A stretch of DNA of 63,285 nucleotides, the filler included, from Octopus bimaculoides (Eukaryota), in NCBI RefSeq assembly GCF_001194135.2. It is 6 parts of 6 records of this genome, joined end to end, with 100 filler letters (N's around TTAATTAATTAA, not from the genome) between each part and the next. Parts side by side here need not be neighbours in the genome. Positions count along the whole stretch, not along the records: positions 61,133 to 63,285 come from NW_026358733.1; 5 more parts are not named here. One strand, written 5' to 3'. How positions within the stretch are numbered: the first letter of the stretch is position 1; every line of letters starts with the position of its first letter. Below the pieces are notes generated by a model. That model did not search any database and had not been told where the DNA came from. It saw only the letters and a program-made list of their open reading frames with translations. Positions 61,268 to 63,285 of this stretch are shown one piece after another. The translations under genes and the position numbers were made by a program.

Positions 61268-62213
61268 TTCATTTATTGTGCTTTTAATTGTTAATTTTTC
61301 TATATGTGATAGTGGATTTTCATCGATGAGTTCTTGAAACTTGGTTATTTTCCCTAAAACTATATATTTTATATATATTTTATCTATAAAGCTCAATTTA
61401 ATTTTAATTTTTTTAAAATTGATTTTAATTGAGTTTTTACCTGTAATTTTGGATTTTGTCCCTAATATTATTATATATATATATATATTCTTGTATATAT
61501 TTACGTGTGGGTAGATGTACACTTAATGGAATTTTTATTAGAATTTATGTGATGTCTCATCCAGCTGGTCTTTAAGAGTTGGTTGTTTTATTTTTGGCAA
61601 GATAATTCCCGCGTTCTATATGTGTTGTCGAATACGATAATTGCTTCCTCAAAGTTCAAGATCACAAGACAAATTGCTCTTTCGCAAATCTCAGACGTCG
61701 ACATTTAAGCCATTCTAGAAAAAAATTGGTACCGACTACTATAGAAAAAGAAACAAAAAAACAGGATTAATAAATCATGTAGAAATTACACATTTTGTTT
61801 CTTTGTTTTGTACTTTAACTTGGTATCTGTTGTCGTTGGTGTTGTTGTTGTTGTTGTTGTTGTCGTTGTTGTCATCAATAATGTCCGGTTTCCATTTATT
61901 TCAACAATCAGTTGTTTCTCATTTCTATTTTACATCATTACTACGTTTTATTCTCAATCTCAAATGTAAGAAAAGAAGAAGAGACAAAGAGGCAAAGTGA
62001 AGCAATGGCAACTAACACATAAAATTCACACGTGAGAGACAGTGAGAGAGAGAGAGAGAGAGAAAGAAAGAGGGAGAGAGAGATAGATACAAATATATAT
62101 AAAAGTGTGTGTGTGTATACATATATGTATGTATATATGTGTGTGTGTGTTTGTGTACATGCATATATATATATATATATATATATACAAATATATATGT
62201 ATGAATAAATATT

Positions 62214-62254
<41 letters not shown>

Positions 62255-63285
62255 NNNNNNNNNNNNNNNNNNNNNNNNNNNNNNNNNNNNNNNNNNNNNN
62301 NNNNNNNNNNNNNNNNNNNNNNNNNNNNNNNNNNNNNNNNNNNNNNNNNNNNNNNNNNNNNNNNNNNNNNNNNNNNNNNNNNNNNNNNNNNNNNNNNNNN
62401 NNNNNNNNNNNNNNNNNNNNNNNNNNNNNNNNNNNNNNNNNNNNNNNNNNNNNNNNNNNNNNNNNNNNNNNNNNNNNNNNNNNNNNNNNNNNNNNNNNNN
62501 NNNNNNNNNNNNNNNNNNNNNNNNNNNNNNNNNNNNNNNNNNNNNNNNNNNNNNNNNNNNNNNNNNNNNNNNNNNNNNNNNNNNNNNNNNNNNNNNNNNN
62601 NNNNNNNNNNNNNNNNNNNNNNNNNNNNNNNNNNNNNNNNNNNNNNNNNNNNNNNNNNNNNNNNNNNNNNNNNNNNNNNNNNNNNNNNNNNNNNNNNNNN
62701 NNNNNNNNNNNNNNNNNNNNNATATTTGCGCATATACATATGTATGTATATATATATATATATATATATATTTATTTATTTATATATTAAATATATATTG
62801 CATATATATATGATATATATAGTAGGGGAAAAGAGTGTGAGAAGGAAAATGAGAAAGAGAAATAGTGTGTATTTTTGGTACATAACTGCTTATAGCGATC
62901 GATAATTTTCCTTCGGTGGAAGAGAGTGGAAGGTGATTGCTTTTCTCCATGGAGAAATATTTGCAAGTGGTTACAACTAGGTTAATTATCTGCACTCGTA
63001 CACAGAGCTATGATGAACCGAGAGAAACACTCATTCAAATTAACAGTAAGTTACACACGTGTATGCATCCTAAAAATTAGACAGTGACTGGCACAAAACG
63101 GGAAATAAAACTAGGCGAGAAAAAAGACAGAAGGAGAGAGTTTGAGAAAGAGAGAGAGAAAGAGATTCTGTGAAGGGATGTAGAAACAGAGTTATCTCTC
63201 CTGGATTTGTGATGGATTATATCTCTCCTAGAAGCTTATATATATATATACACAAGAGAAAAAGGCCAGGTCAGTTCCTTCTCAA

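Noticed and set aside
61265-61700. Two short minus-strand protein-like frames (MSTSEICERA...; KITKFQELIDENPLSHIEK...)
   Set aside because: No linking donor site and no recognisable family.

Overview
AT-rich, microsatellite-dense animal DNA from a draft assembly with 17 N-gaps. The repeat families look like those of octopus; this rests on my recollection of the families, not on a database search. I find no protein-coding host gene that I can support. Nearly all ORF-track entries are translated microsatellites, gaps, or antisense readings of repeats. The window is a stack of mobile-element relics: (i) three tRNA-headed SINE families, here called A, B and C; (ii) 3' ends of an RTE-type LINE; (iii) fragments of a CR1-group LINE and of two restriction-like-endonuclease retrotransposons (Dong/R4-like and HERO/NeSL-like); (iv) Penelope-like pieces, and three minimal hammerhead-ribozyme-like motifs; (v) a near full-length DD34D mariner, two DD37D (maT-type) relics, and several MITEs with recognisable TIRs and TSDs. 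I cannot demonstrate a new biological system here. The most promising leads are the covarying hammerhead motifs, a recurrent dimeric SINE-B whose two units match within each locus, an interstitial (TTAGGG)n flanked by a 30-bp duplication, a SINE insertion carrying a locally templated 5' piece, an insect-like mellifera-subfamily mariner, and several long fold-back palindromes.
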